NCBI GenBank assembly: GCA_036172245.1
Contig: JAYWIR010000025.1
Location: 434,001 to 498,000 of the forward strand
Source: Raillietiella orientalis
Taxonomy: Eukaryota
DNA length: 64,000 nt
Direction of reading: 5' to 3'
Shown here one piece after another: positions 49,400-61,717 of this stretch. Within the stretch, counting starts at the first letter, position 1; each line of letters starts with the position of its first letter. The notes beneath the pieces are model-generated. The model saw only the letters and a list, made by a program, of their open reading frames with translations. It was not told the DNA's origin and searched no databases. A program made the position numbers and the translations under genes.

Positions 49400-50650
49400 A
49401 ATAAGGAAGAGAGAGGGGGAAGGGGGTCGATCCAGATGTCATCCGGCTCCGTGCAATCCTCTCGGTCTGTCCCAGGAGGATCAGAAGATGTTTCTGTTTT
49501 TCCTGCCGCAAGGGGACGTCTTTCGCAGCTTGACCTCTCCTATTTGGATGGACCCAGTACGCCGGGAGACGTCCAAGTGGCGAAAGAGGTGCGCGCGACG
49601 CAAGCACTCATCGTCTGCGCTTCCATGGTGCACGTACATGGTTTGCTGGCTCGATGACGAAGAAAGCCCTGCAGGACGCGTCGAGGGCACCTCGTGAACA
49701 GTGCGGGGGAAACTCGGTATCAAATGAGTGTTGCAAATGTTGTTGTCGCATTAAAAACAACGCTGCTATCCTATAAATAAGAGGGAGCATGATCGCGAAA
49801 TGTTCCATCAGTAAGGTATGGCAACTCTCAGGAGCGGGAATTCTTCGACTCGGTCGGCACAGGTGCACCCAATTTCCTCCTCAAACTTACGGCTCCCTTG
49901 AACGGGTTGTGCTCAGAGGAGTCTGCCGTCTGGGTTGCGAGACGTTTTCGTGGTAGAAGTTCCGGTCTCCGTGAGTCACCCAGTCACGAGAGGAAGGCAG
50001 TCTGACGGAAGCGCTGGAGCACCCTGCAGCTTCTGCCGACTGGAGTTAGAGGGATTCATTCCGCGCCATGGGTGGCCGAAGGCGCGTTCCGCAGCAAGGT
50101 GGGGTGTCAAGAAGGAGGAGAGAGGGCTCTGACTCGCTGTCGGGGACGCGAGAGGCGCTCCCTCTCGTTGCAGAGGGTGCTCTCACCACCGTGGCCACTC
50201 ATCTGGACAGCAGGCCATCGTGGGAGGCAATGGTCACCCTCTTTGGCAGATGCCACTCTCCTCGCAGTCGCCTTTCGAGCCCTTTCGTGGGCCGCGTGTG
50301 GTCGATACCCTCAATCGTCTCTCGGAGAGGTCACCGCCGCCCTGACAACATCCCCTTTCGCAGCAGCTGCTCGCCTCGTGGCAAACACGGGTGCTCCATG
50401 GAAACACCTCGAGACGTTCATCGAACGCAAGCATGTGTCTCTGAAGATGAGAAAGCATGCATGAAGGTACAACTGACAATTGAGACGGATGTGGGACTCT
50501 TCCCCCTGGCTAGAAGGTTCCCTCGCTGGACATTACGGCCATCCGGGATTCCGGTCCTCTGCTCTTTTAGACGTCCCCCTCCACGCCTCAATTCTTTAGT
50601 AAAAGGCGAAAGAATTATGCATTAGAATGGGGACCAGATTGTGAGAGCTG
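49400..50650 (+). mobile_element. Decayed LINE ORF2 fragment (endonuclease to RT start)
   Basis: SQLDLSY (SRLDxxY-like), SLGEVTAAL...NTGAP (EVxxAL...PGxDG.P-like) and LFP...RPPPRLNS (RPISLLN-like). Confidence 0.4.
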
Positions 50651-52735
50651 GACCGATGATCCGCTGCGCGCGAGAAAAAGGCGGAGGAACAGCTCGTGAT
50701 GAGGACGGCGCCATGGAAACAGCGGATGGCTTCTTCCGCCGCATGCTTCTCGCAGCGAGGTTCGCGTTTCCGCATCCAGATATTTCCTCGTCCCCTTCCC
50801 ATCCTTCCTCCTCATCCGAAGACATGGAGGCTCAGAATAGGCGTAGGGGCAAGGCTATGACAGAGGGGAATTGTTGAGGAAGACGGCAATGAGCCTCAGT
50901 TGTGGAGAAGCTGCTCCATGATACGGGCAGGATCAGCGCGCTTGTTCCGACAGGGAAGGGAGGTGGACGAGGGGAAAAAGCCCCAAGCCAAACCACGGAG
51001 CCGACTCGTCCGCTGGGAGTGAGACTTGTTCCGGAGGGGGAGGAGGGAGCAGCGGATCCCCGTGCAACGGCCTCCAGACTCCGGAATTGAGGCTCTGCTC
51101 CTCGATTTTCTTCCGACTCGGCGTCTCCTCCCCGGAAGGCTTGCTCCTTTACGAGGGGAGAGTGAAGGAGAGAACGCCAGTCTTTCGGAGCCACTCCAGA
51201 AAGCGCTGTTTTTTTTCCGGAGAACTGGAAGGTCATCGCCACCGCCCGGGACCGCGAGCGCCTCGGAGATTCCTCCTGAAGGAGGTGCCTCCGTTTTGAC
51301 GGAGGGAAATTGGATGCTCGGCGCCAGGGTAACGTGGGGAAGCGATCACGCATGCGCGAAGCGATCGAAGAAGATGGCGAGGTTCCCACGTGAGGGAATC
51401 CTCGGTACCGACCTCCCATGCTCGAGGGTAGGGGGGGAGGAAGAGGAAACACAAGTGATGGGATTGTGAGGTAAGAGAAGGGTCTCTCCGAGTGGCAGGA
51501 GGGAGCGGATTCTTCGGCTCATTGCAGGATCGAGGGCGATGCGCTTTTCTTGGAGGGTCTGCAAACTTCTCCCATCTTCCCTGGACTCCGGAGAAGACGG
51601 AGGGAAGTTTCTTCTCTCTGTCTCTCCTTCTCTCGGGTCGAGCCTCCTCCTTCTCGTCCTTCTTCCCGCTTTTCCTGGCAGCCTCCCCCCCCCCCTCTTG
51701 AGAAAGGGAGGGATGTAGCGACGCCGACGCCCTAGACGTGCGCCTGACGAGAAAAGGAAAAGCCACACCCTGACCATGGCACATCCCGGGAGCATAAGGG
51801 GGTCATCGAAAGGAGGGAGTTGCCAGATTAGTTCCGATTCTGGGGCTGGACCGGGAGACTAGTTGTCAAGGGAGATCGACTTCTCTAGGAGAGGTCGCCG
51901 TGCGCGCTTCGGTAGATGAGGATGGCTGCGGTCCCTTTGAAGAAGGACCGAGAGAGCAGCTCATCTGAGACAGAAGCTACTGCTTCCGTCCAGGGGATTT
52001 CAGGGGGAGAGAAAGCTGCAGGTGGCTCTGGAAGAAATAGGATGATCATAGGGCTCCCCCTATGAGGTGGAAGCTGGATTCCGGAAGGAAAGAGGAAGAG
52101 GAGGAGACGGGTCCTGGGTGGCGAGGAGAAGGCGGAAGGGCAGAGGCACCCCCCAGCGAGGGAGGTACCATCGGAGCTACCTCTAGCTTCTTTTCTTGAT
52201 TCGGACGGTTGCTATGGAGTTGAGCAATCTCGTCACGTTGCGTCCCAGCCCGAGCGCCTTCCAGACGCCTCTCTCTCTTTCAGGGCTGTCGCACGTTTCT
52301 CTTTTCTCCTCTATCGGATAATGCCCGAGGAGCGAGATCGCATGGACCACGGCGACGCCCACTTGCGTAACCTTTGGCGACACGCGTGACGTGTGGAGGC
52401 CCTGCCCGGACGCGCGCGTGCGGGGAGGGCGAGGATAGGAAACAGAGGTCTCTTCACTGCTTGCGGCTGCGACAGCCTCAGGAGACCGCGCGCGGCTCTT
52501 CGCGTTTTGAGCTGCTCCTTGTGAGAGACTTGGAGGGCTCGCTACACGGCCGGTAGGGCGGAAGGAAGGGACGTAGGGGGAGGAATGGAGGGAGAGAAGC
52601 GAAAGGCTGGGGCGTCCTTGTGGCAGACAGCAGCACCCCCTCGAGAGCACGCGCACCTTGCGCGTGACTGCAGGCCAAGAGATCACGCACGCGTGAACGG
52701 GGGGTTTGCGAGAATAAACGACGGACTCCTGCTGA

Positions 52736-52855
52736 ACGGAAGCAGGTTGTTTGCAAGACCGGAAGCAAATTGTTTGCGAGTCCGGAAAAAGGTTGCTTGC
52801 GCGTCCGGAAGCAGGTTGTTTGCTGGACCAGAAGCGGGTTTGCATTACCGGAAGC
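52736..52855. repeat. 23-bp minisatellite, about 5 units
   Basis: Units ACGGAAGCAGGTTGTTTGCAAGA / CCGGAAGCAAATTGTTTGCGAGT / CCGGAAAAAGGTTGCTTGCGCGT / CCGGAAGCAGGTTGTTTGCTGGA / CCAGAAGCGGGTTTGCATTA / CCGGAAGC, head-to-tail with no spacers. Confidence 0.9.
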
Positions 52856-53199
52856 TCGGCTCACGCGCTGGAGGAAGCGGGATTCTCAAAAGCACTGCTC
52901 GGTTCACTGTTCAAGTTTGTTGCGAGACTGATTCGCCGCATGCCAGGGCACGCATCAAAGGGGAAATGCTCTCGGCACGGAGCAACGAAGACCAACCTAC
53001 CTCGTGCATTGCTCGCAATCCTTACTCGTACGGAACCCAGAGTGCGAAACTCAGAGATGCTGGAATCATGTTTGCACATGCGTCGAGGCGCGGATGGAAC
53101 ACATCAGAGAGGCTTTTTCGGGATAAGCAGAATGGAGTTTCTGCTCTCGATGGCAGTTAAAGCAAGAAAAAAAATCCTAGAAGGAAGGTAGGAGGAAAT

Positions 53200-56100
53200 T
53201 CTCACTCGGAATTCCAGAGCACAGAGCCACTCCCTCAGAAGGAAGGCAGGGAAACTGCGGGACGGAGTTGATAAGGGACCAAGGTACTTCTTTCCCTGGA
53301 GAGGAAAGGTCCTCATCATTTCGTGAGTGGAGGTGAAAAAAAGAAAGAAAGCGATAGACAAGTGGATTGTTTGAAGTCCGGAAGCAGATCTCAGGGAAGC
53401 TACAGATGGGACCTCCTGTCTATGTCAAGGCATCTCCTAAGGCCTGTTCCGAAGGCGAGAGTGGGTGATCCTCTGGGTAGCGGTCTACATAGGGAAGCTC
53501 CAGAACCTTGCCTGGGGGGGAGGAAAGGCAAGGAGCTCGTTGCGAATCCTGGAAAAGTCCTCCTGGTGCTGGAGCGTTGAACCTAGTCTTCACCGCCACA
53601 GCTCTTGAAGGCCACAGCAGTTCAGTAAGGATCGACTCCCCAGCCCGCACCTGGCGCAATGTGGGGATGAAACCATGAAACCCCCTTGGAAACGAGGGTG
53701 CAGGAGCTGATTGCGCTAGAGTCTTGGTGAAGAAACAGCAGCACAGCCTCGGCACAGGGAACGCAGAAGTGTTCAAAGATGAATTCCACTTCGCCAAGAG
53801 GTCAACTTCCCTCTCGTCGCAACAAGGCTGCTGACGAAAGCAGGCTCTCGCCTATCGTGTTCTCAGTGCACAGGAAACGAAGGTCAATCTGGTGCATCCA
53901 CTGATGTGGAACGTTGTCCAGCGTGCATGCGAAACGAGGCCAGCGTCCCGAAAGCACCCGGGACAATGCCAACAGGAGGTCAGCATCCGCATGAAAAAAG
54001 TGAATCATTTCTTGGCGACCAGGTGATGAGTCTTTCCGAAACTCCTCTTGTGTCTTCGACCTCCACGGAATAGACACACTGATTCTCGCCGGTGATGCCA
54101 TCGTGCTTCCACTGCGTGTGCGGTGTCGACAGCATAACAGTGCACATCGCCCTCTCCGCATCCTGGTTGAGGATGGGGTGGACTTCCCGAGCTTCAAGAT
54201 AGCTGCTCTACTGGGTGCGCTTTCTCCAGAGGGAATATGAGGATTCGATCTCATTCCAAGCATGCAAACGGCGGAAAAAGGAACTTCAAAGAGAAGTTAC
54301 TATTGCTCCGGGATTGACTTGCCAGCTCGTCGGTGGTCCAAAGAAAGAGTGGTCGCATCTATCCGCCCTAGTCTACGACGAAGTGCCGATCAAAGCTGTC
54401 CCTGCTAGAAAGAACCTGAACGAGGAGGATGGATTTTGGAATGTTTGCAAGCAATCTCCTCTTGAAAGGAAAGTGATTCCTCAAGGGAATGAATGTCGGA
54501 CCTGGCACGCGCGTGCGGCGTGTGCCAGGTCCGACAGCTGCGACCCGCAGACCTAGTGGAGACGTAAGCACAGGGTACAGTCGAAGTATCAAGACTGGAA
54601 TGCAACCGGCAATGCAAAAGCGGAAAGATTGGAGGAAGAGGGAGAAGGAACGTTCTAAAATAAAACAAGAAAAGGAAAAGAAAACCAAATCCCGGTGCAA
54701 AAGTGAAATGAGAGTTCTGGAAACTTCTCAGGAGTGTTAATCCGAAAGCAATGCTTGCATTGCATGATTATGGCAAAAGACTCGAAGAAAATGAGCAATT
54801 ATTCTGAAATGCCTGATTTGCTGTAGGACCTGATATCTTACCTGAACTCTGATATCTTCATCCTGAACACATCAGAGTCTTCAGGGTGAAAATACCGAAG
54901 TAGATGATTTGAATCAAAGGAGAGAAGCGATAAGATGGAGGGGATGGAAATCACGTAGGGCTGAACATGCCACAGAATTTCCTCAAGCATCAGGTTCTCT
55001 AAAGACGGAAGCTGAATGCTGAAGGACAGTCCAACTCAAATGCATCCTTGACTTCAAAGCATCGAATTTTCCAGGTCAGGAGAAACGGACAACAGAAAGC
55101 TCCGCTTTCCATTTCTTGCATCAAAAAAGTGATCAAATGAGATGTTGATGCATCATCAATCAGCTGGATGACTGGAAGAAGATGGAGATGCCAGTGATCA
55201 GCAGACAGCGTGAGAAAACAAAGTAGCATGCAGAGTCTCGGGGAAGCAGGTAAAGCACCAGAGACAAACGAAATCGGATGAAAACCTCGCGCCATATTTC
55301 ACCAGCTGGAAAAGTTTGCGCAGCAGTACTGAAGAAAAGAGGATCGCCATCTTCTTGAAGATGGGATAGCAAAGCAGGAAATCCCCGCTGGCCAAAGATT
55401 GCTCCAGTTTGCGAGATAATCCGTTTTCCGACCCTTGTGAACGGATCTTCTTTGGACGAAACTGCCTTGCTAGGTGTCTGCGGCACTAGAAAAATTGAAG
55501 ACGACACCCTGTTCTTTCGATCCGTTTCAGAACAGGTCAAATTCCATCCACTTGTCTCTCCTACCACACATGCAGAGGTTGGAATGCTCCATCCATGTTC
55601 CCTTCTGTCTATGTGTCCCTTGTTTCCTGGATTTCCCCAATACTTGTCAGCATGAGCTGGGTCCGTTTTATGCTACCGCCTTAGACAACCCACAGCTGTG
55701 GCAAAGCTATCCGTGTCACTGCAACCCTCATGTTGCCGGAAAGCAACTGCCAAGCTTCACCGACCCTGCTTCGTTTCCCAAGGGTGCATCCGACCGAACA
55801 AAGCACTGAGTGACGAGCGTTAGAGCTAACTAAGAAAGCAACCTTCAGTAGCCTGCTATGGTCCTTGCAGCTGTCACAGTGCGGTTTCTTATACTGCGAA
55901 CCAGTGAGGGTCTTTTTTTCCAAATTTCTCTGCGAGATTCAGGACCTCTAGGTCATCCGTCTGCCGCACTTTTCCTGTATTCAAGGTACCAAACAAATTT
56001 TCGGCGAACGCTGAAGAAAATGAGTGTGGTAGTCACTTAATGTGTCTCCAGGAGAAGCTACCATGTTTCTTTGAGGATGCTTACATCCCATTGGCAGAGG

Positions 56101-59100
56101 TCATTTGTGCTTGTGGCTGCCAGTGATCTACCCCAAGAATTCTATTGATTTTCTTCCTAACAGCGGTTCTTTGCGCAGAGGAAAGGAATCGAACCGATGT
56201 GCCATTGAGCGTGCTTGATCGTATGCTGAGCTTCCGCTCAAATGCTTCATTTCCAGCTCTTAAGACCTTGAGTCCGAACTGATTTTTCTCTTTCTCCCCC
56301 TATCATGAGTCGAACATCGGATTTCTTTGATAAAGGTGTGTTCGTTTGAGCCTTAATCTGTCAAGTTCTAGAAATTTCGTGGTGAGGTTCCTCCCTATAA
56401 AGAAACATGCTTCATAACCTCTTCCTGTTCTCCGACCATCAGCCGAGCCTTCGAAGGTTCATCCACGCAGTATTTGTTCACAATGTGTGAGTGTGGGAAC
56501 AATGAAGAAGGACCTTAACGGGCGCTGGCAGCGCCGGGATGAGAGATCTTGCCACACATCCCAAACCATTGCATTCAGCATACTCTTCCCTCCAGAGAGT
56601 ACATGTAACGGTATCGGAAAGGCGACCCGCGGCAAGTGTGAAGTGATGGCGGGGAAACGAGACCGCTCCTGGACTAAGGGTATCCCCAAGCCTGAACTTG
56701 CTGCCGTCTGCTGCTCGGCGCCGGAACAGTGCGGAGACGTTCGAGAAAGCACAAGAAAGGAAAGGAAGATATGAGGAGATTGACACCACCTGGATCCCCC
56801 GAAGCGTTTACTGTTAAGGATAAACTTACAAGGAAAAATAGTGATGGAACTTCAGGTCCTACCACGTCCAAGTTCAGCCGGCAGCCTTCCCAGATGACGG
56901 TGCTCAGACAGGAGAGGCAGCAGACGGGAGAGGAACATACAGAAGGAAAACAAAATAAAAATAAATGAATAAACATAAAACGTTGCGTTGGGTGAGGATC
57001 GAGAAGGGACCACATTCTGTTGCGAGTATCCCTCTGTATCCTTTGAAGCATGCCGGTGAGTTCCTCCTGCATAGTTCCCAGGTGGGGCCGTCCTGTTGTG
57101 ACCTGCAGGAAGCGAATGGAGAAGCGGATGGCGTCCCCGTCGCGCTGGCCTCTTTCGGCGACGCTTTAGGGAGCCACGGTCCTGAGAAGGTGGCGAAGAA
57201 CTTCCAGCAACGCGGCGGTACGGCCCCCACCGAGTGGCGCTCGGAAACGTTCCTGGGTCGTCGCGAAACGTTCCCATGAGGTCCTGAAAGCGGCACAACC
57301 CGCGAAGCAGGTGCGTGAGGGATCCTCCCCCTCCATACCTGCAGCGATTTGGATCCACCTTCCCCCGGGACTTGAAGGTGCCGGCGGGGGAGTTGCATGG
57401 GAGACCTCCCGGTGCAGCATCAAGAGCGCCGACACCCGACGCTTGGAGGAAGAAGGAGGTCGCCGCTCGCCTCCACGCTTCTGCGGTCGCAGTTTCAGTC
57501 CGAGTCTGGCACTCGTCGGCCGGCTGGCCGAAATCCCGGCTGGCCCCGACGAGCCAACCAAAGCAGCCGCGATGCGGACGCGTTGGTGGACGCACTTACG
57601 CGCGGATTCGAAGGAGCTCACCTCGTCGTCCGAGGCACCATCCAACGAGAGCACCCGCTGGCGCCTCTCCGGCTGAGCCGATCCGGAGCTCTCCGAGACG
57701 GTGTACCAGTCATGAAAAGTGGCTTGTTCAGTGACGGGGACCGACAGGTAGGGCAACCGTGTGGCTGGGCACGGATGGAGCGAGCTGGACGGCGAACCCA
57801 CGGGCTCTTGACTCTGTGGTACGCTCTCTCCGGCCGGCTCAAGACACGTTGTGCTCTTTCGGGAGGTTTAAGGGATGCTTGCGGGCGTCCTCTTCCTCGA
57901 ACGTCTCGGGGTCGCGGAGGACTTTCGAGAGACGGCAAGGGTCGCCGGACGGGATCCTTCGGCGCCATAGTGGGGGAGGGAGTCAGTTTCATCCTCATTC
58001 ACTCTCGAAGCCCGCTGACTTGCTGCATACGCGCGTGGACGGATCCGGGTGCACATTTGCGAGCCCATGGAAGAGTGCGCGCACAGCATCTCGAGCGTGT
58101 GAGCATCCGGTCTTTCGCTAACCAGTATCCAATGTACACCGACGACAACGCTCCTTCTAGCTCAGGGACGGAGTCCGCGGCAGCTGATGGGAGAGGGGGA
58201 CGGCAATCAGCAATGCACCACTGGCATTGGTCCAGAATTTCCTCCTGGCAGTTCGAGCAAGAGCCGTACAGGGACTTCGGTTCGCCCTTATAAGAAACCA
58301 TTCTGGATCGGGAGAGAGTGTTCGCATCACTCTCGAAGGGTGGATCGCTCTGTGGTCCGAGAGACTGGCGAGGCACAGCGGGGTCGGCGCGGAGGCCAAG
58401 TAAGTACCAAATCCTTTTAGTAGGAAAAAAAAGGGCATGGTAGGCAATGCAGTCAAGGTCAAGTGGTGCCCTTGGAATACTCGCCAAAAAAAAAAAATCA
58501 CTCACTAAGTAGCCTCCTTTTGCTTTCCGCAAGGAACGTTGATGATCCGGAGCTGTTTTGCTTTTTCTTTCTTCATTGTGTTTCTTAGAGAAGGTAGGCA
58601 GTGTGCGAGACAGTTCTTGGATCCTCGCTTCCTAATCTGCAGTTGCTGCAGATTAGGAAGCAGCAGCTCACCTTCACAATTCTTCCTTCTGCCGCCTTGG
58701 AGACCTTTCTCTTGCTTCTTTCGCTCTCGTAAGATGCCTCTTTCTCTCCGCATCCTCAGCTTCCCTGGAAGCTGCTTGGATGATGGCGGTTTTCTCTTGC
58801 AGAAAGTCCCGCGGCTTGAATCCTCTGTCATAGGAGCTCTTTCTTCCGGCATGGCTACTTCCTGTTTTTTAAACAGGTCTGGAGGAGCCGGAAAATTCAT
58901 ACAGTGGCTGGAGACCGAGTGGGTCTGACAGCAGGTGATCGTCGCCTTGGCTTCGTCACAGACTTTTCCTTTTGTTCGATGACATCCGTGAGGATGCAAA
59001 TGCTGCAGTGAGCATGTGGGATGGGAGGGAAGGACACACTCCAAAGTGGCACAGATTTCAACAGCGAGAGTGAAATTTGGCTCCCCGAAGATGCAGATTG
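53200..59100 (-). mobile_element. Long decayed L1/Tx1-like LINE (ORF1-like, endonuclease-like and RT-like remnants), interrupted
   Basis: Minus-strand order: VSYKGEPKSLYGSC near 58290 (ORF1 VxYxGQPxxC-like), IPLVQE near 56675, GDF and ADH (APE-like) at 55200-55390, then FHGFIP and DFSR (RT) at 53550-53680. A younger LINE 3' end is embedded at about 56750-57450. Confidence 0.45.
56750..57450 (-). mobile_element. L1/Tx1-like LINE 3' end
   Basis: Minus-strand translation THLLRGLCRFQDLMGTF... and QEELTGMLQRIQ parallels HLLLDC and ELSGILTRMQ in the other copies. An A-rich tract at 56940-56980 corresponds to the T-rich UTR. Confidence 0.65.
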
Positions 59101-59526
59101 TCGTTCAATTCACTGCCAGCCACACGTTCTTGAGGATCTTGATGGGTAGCAGTGTTGATTTTCGTGTTCAGAGTGTAGCGCGACTGGTTCCTCTGGTGCG
59201 TTACTGAGGTAAAAGGCTTGGTTCTTCATTGTAGACCTGTGCTCAGTCAGGAGGAACACAAAAAAAAAAATGCCAAACTGGGCTTTCGAAGGAGTGAGCT
59301 GTCACTCATACCTAAATGCTCATGAGTTACTCCTGTGTGTCCTTCAGGAAGAGATTTTTCCCAGTCCATATCTGAATACCCTGTCATTCCCACATGAAAA
59401 TTCACGCTCCCACAGGAGACGTGGATCCTCCTTTCCTCAACTGTTTCAAAAGCAAGCATTCTTCTCTCTTGGAAGACGGAGTTTAAATGACGCCTTTTTT
59501 GTAGCTTGCAAGACTGTTTCTTGACC

Positions 59527-60157
59527 CGCGTTGGAGGCCGTGTGTGACTACAGTCTCCGCGCGTGGCACCAAGCGTTGCGCGTTCGAGCACCCTTAGAGG
59601 ATCTATTGGGGTGTATGTCGTGGGTTTCGAGTCTCCCCGTGGGATGACCTGAAGCCCATAGGCCAACCTATGGTCTTCGAGTGAGCCAGTGGTGGAAGGC
59701 GGAAACCCCCGGATGCTCCACTTGACTGGCATCTGGGATTAGAAGTCGACCCTCCGGGATCCTTCCAGGAAACAAGGAGCCTGGTTCTTCCGGGATACCC
59801 TCCAGTTGTTAAGATGAAGTCATTACCGTGGAGCTGGTTGATATTCCCCTCAGCGGTTCTCTCCAGAGTGTCAGAAGTGCGCTGCTCCCTTTGGGGAGCA
59901 CCCTGAAGAAAAACTGGAAAGCGTCCCTTCGAGGTTCTCTTCAGAGAGAAGGGAACAGGAAGCTGTTCCCTTGAGGATGCCCTCCAGGGAAAAAATGGGG
60001 AGTGTCTCCCCTACAGGTGTCCCTCCGGAGAGAATAAGAAACAAGTTCCCTGCGGGGTTCTCTTCGGAGACAACCGGCTCTGCTTCGAGGTTCGGTGCCC
60101 CCTATCACACGCAGGAGGAGCGAACTTCCTTCTTCGGAGCCCCTCTGGATTCATAGG
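59527..60157 (+). mobile_element. tRNA-headed SINE, 3'-truncated copy
   Basis: CGCGTTGGAGGCCGTGTG...GGCACCAAGCGTTGCGCGTTCGAG...GTCGTGGGTTTCGAGTC. The body aligns with 43955-44500 up to GGATTCATAGG. Confidence 0.72.
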
Positions 60158-61209
60158 TAAAGGAATTGTGCTCAAAAGGTTTCTTGGTGATCGCCTTCCA
60201 CTGTGGAACCTCGAAAAACTCTCGTGCAATTTCCCTTGCACTGCCTGACCAGAAGAGGTGGCTTTGCTGCTCACCTTGAAGCAGCGTGCAGACCCGCAAC
60301 GGATGGGGCACTTTGATTCCACTGCTACTCGCGAGCAACCCATCCTTGGTCTTCTTCGAGTGTTTCCCTAGATGTCGCGGGACTCTTCGAGAACGACAGC
60401 CTGCTGTGAGAGCAGCCCCGTCTTTCCTTTTGTTTTTTCTTCCTCTTTTCCTTGTCTTTGTGCGCTGAAAACTCTTCACGACATTGAGAGCGGGCGGCTC
60501 CGCTCATTCTGGAACGAACTTCGCCCCCTCCTAGCAACAAACGCACCTGACCACTGAGGAGACCTTCGAGATCTTGCCCTGTGCCCACTCGTATGCTCCG
60601 CAGATGGCAGCGTCACGCCGCACGATACCCGATCCAATTTGGAACTTCCCTCCCGGTTGAACGAGATGGCCTTGCACAGCTTCCCTGGAGCGTCCTCATG
60701 TCAACTAGGCTCAGGTTTACGCAGTCACGCCCACGTGGTTATCAGCTCATTCGCTCGGATCGCGAGAGGGCAAGGAGTGTTTTGCTCGGATGCGAGGGGC
60801 GCGGGATCAGGCAACTGGAAAAGAAGGGCAAGCGATGCCAGTTGCGACCTTGCCAAGTGCATCGGTGATCGAGGGAAGCGCTCTGTGGTTGGGAAGCGAG
60901 GCTTCAGGGAGTCACGCCTGGCGGACGCTCCCGAAGCACCGAGGACCAGCCACTGATTGCCTGGAGTTTGAGAGGCGGGAGGTCACCGGAGTTGGCACCG
61001 AGGGATGTCATCTTCCACGCGTGTTCCGCTGCCGACCGGCGCTAGGGAGAACGGCTCAGCAGCATCCAGTCCGGTCCTCCATTTGGTAGATGATCCAGGC
61101 AATTCCAGAGGATCTTCCGTCCTCTGGAAGATCCAGCCGATGTCTCTGCTCTATTGGCAAAGTTTCGAAGACAAAGTTTAGACAACGCCTTCTTCGCTGC
61201 TTGTTGGCC

Positions 61210-61717
61210 CGCGCTGGAGGCCGCGTGTGGCTGCGGACTCTGAACGTGGTATACCAAGCTTTGAGGGTTTGAACCCTCAAGGAGCTGGTTCTCTATGGGA
61301 TTCCCCTCCGGTTGTGAGAATGGAGTTGTACCATGGAGTCGGTTGCGACCCCCTCGGGGGCTGACACTTCAGAGTGCAAGAAGCACACTGTTCTCTTCGC
61401 CCTCCGGAGAAATTAAGAGTCCCTTTGGAGTTCTCTCCAGAGAAGAAACTCCAGGAGCGGATCCTTTCCGGGTTCCCTTCGGAGAAGAAATGAGGAGTGG
61501 CCCTCTTCAGGGGATCCTTCTAGGGAGAATGACGAAGAGTTTCTTTTCGGGGTTACCTCCGGAGACAACCATGGGCAAGGGTTTCCTCCCCAGGCGTGAG
61601 AAGAACGGACTCCTTCCTCTCGAGCCCTTCCTGGTGGGGTGGGTCACTCCCGGGGAGCCATCTATAAGTGGAAGAGTTACGAGCATCCTCGGGTGGAGTG
61701 GACAGCGTCAAAGAGCC
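61210..61717 (+). mobile_element. tRNA-headed SINE, internally deleted copy
   Basis: CGCGCTGGAGGCCGCGTGTGGCTGCG...CCAAGCTTTGAGGGTTTGAACCC head and terminus CTCGGGTGGAGTGGACAGCGTCAAAGAGCC. Confidence 0.72.

Noticed and set aside
49771..49820. TATA (CTATAAATAA) plus TCAGT initiator and a donor-like AAG|GTATGG
   Set aside because: The 38-bp spacing is longer than canonical, it lies inside LINE debris, and no downstream exon was found.
52736..52855. CRISPR-like array
   Set aside because: Units are contiguous and degenerate with no unique spacers, there are no cas genes, and the context is eukaryotic.
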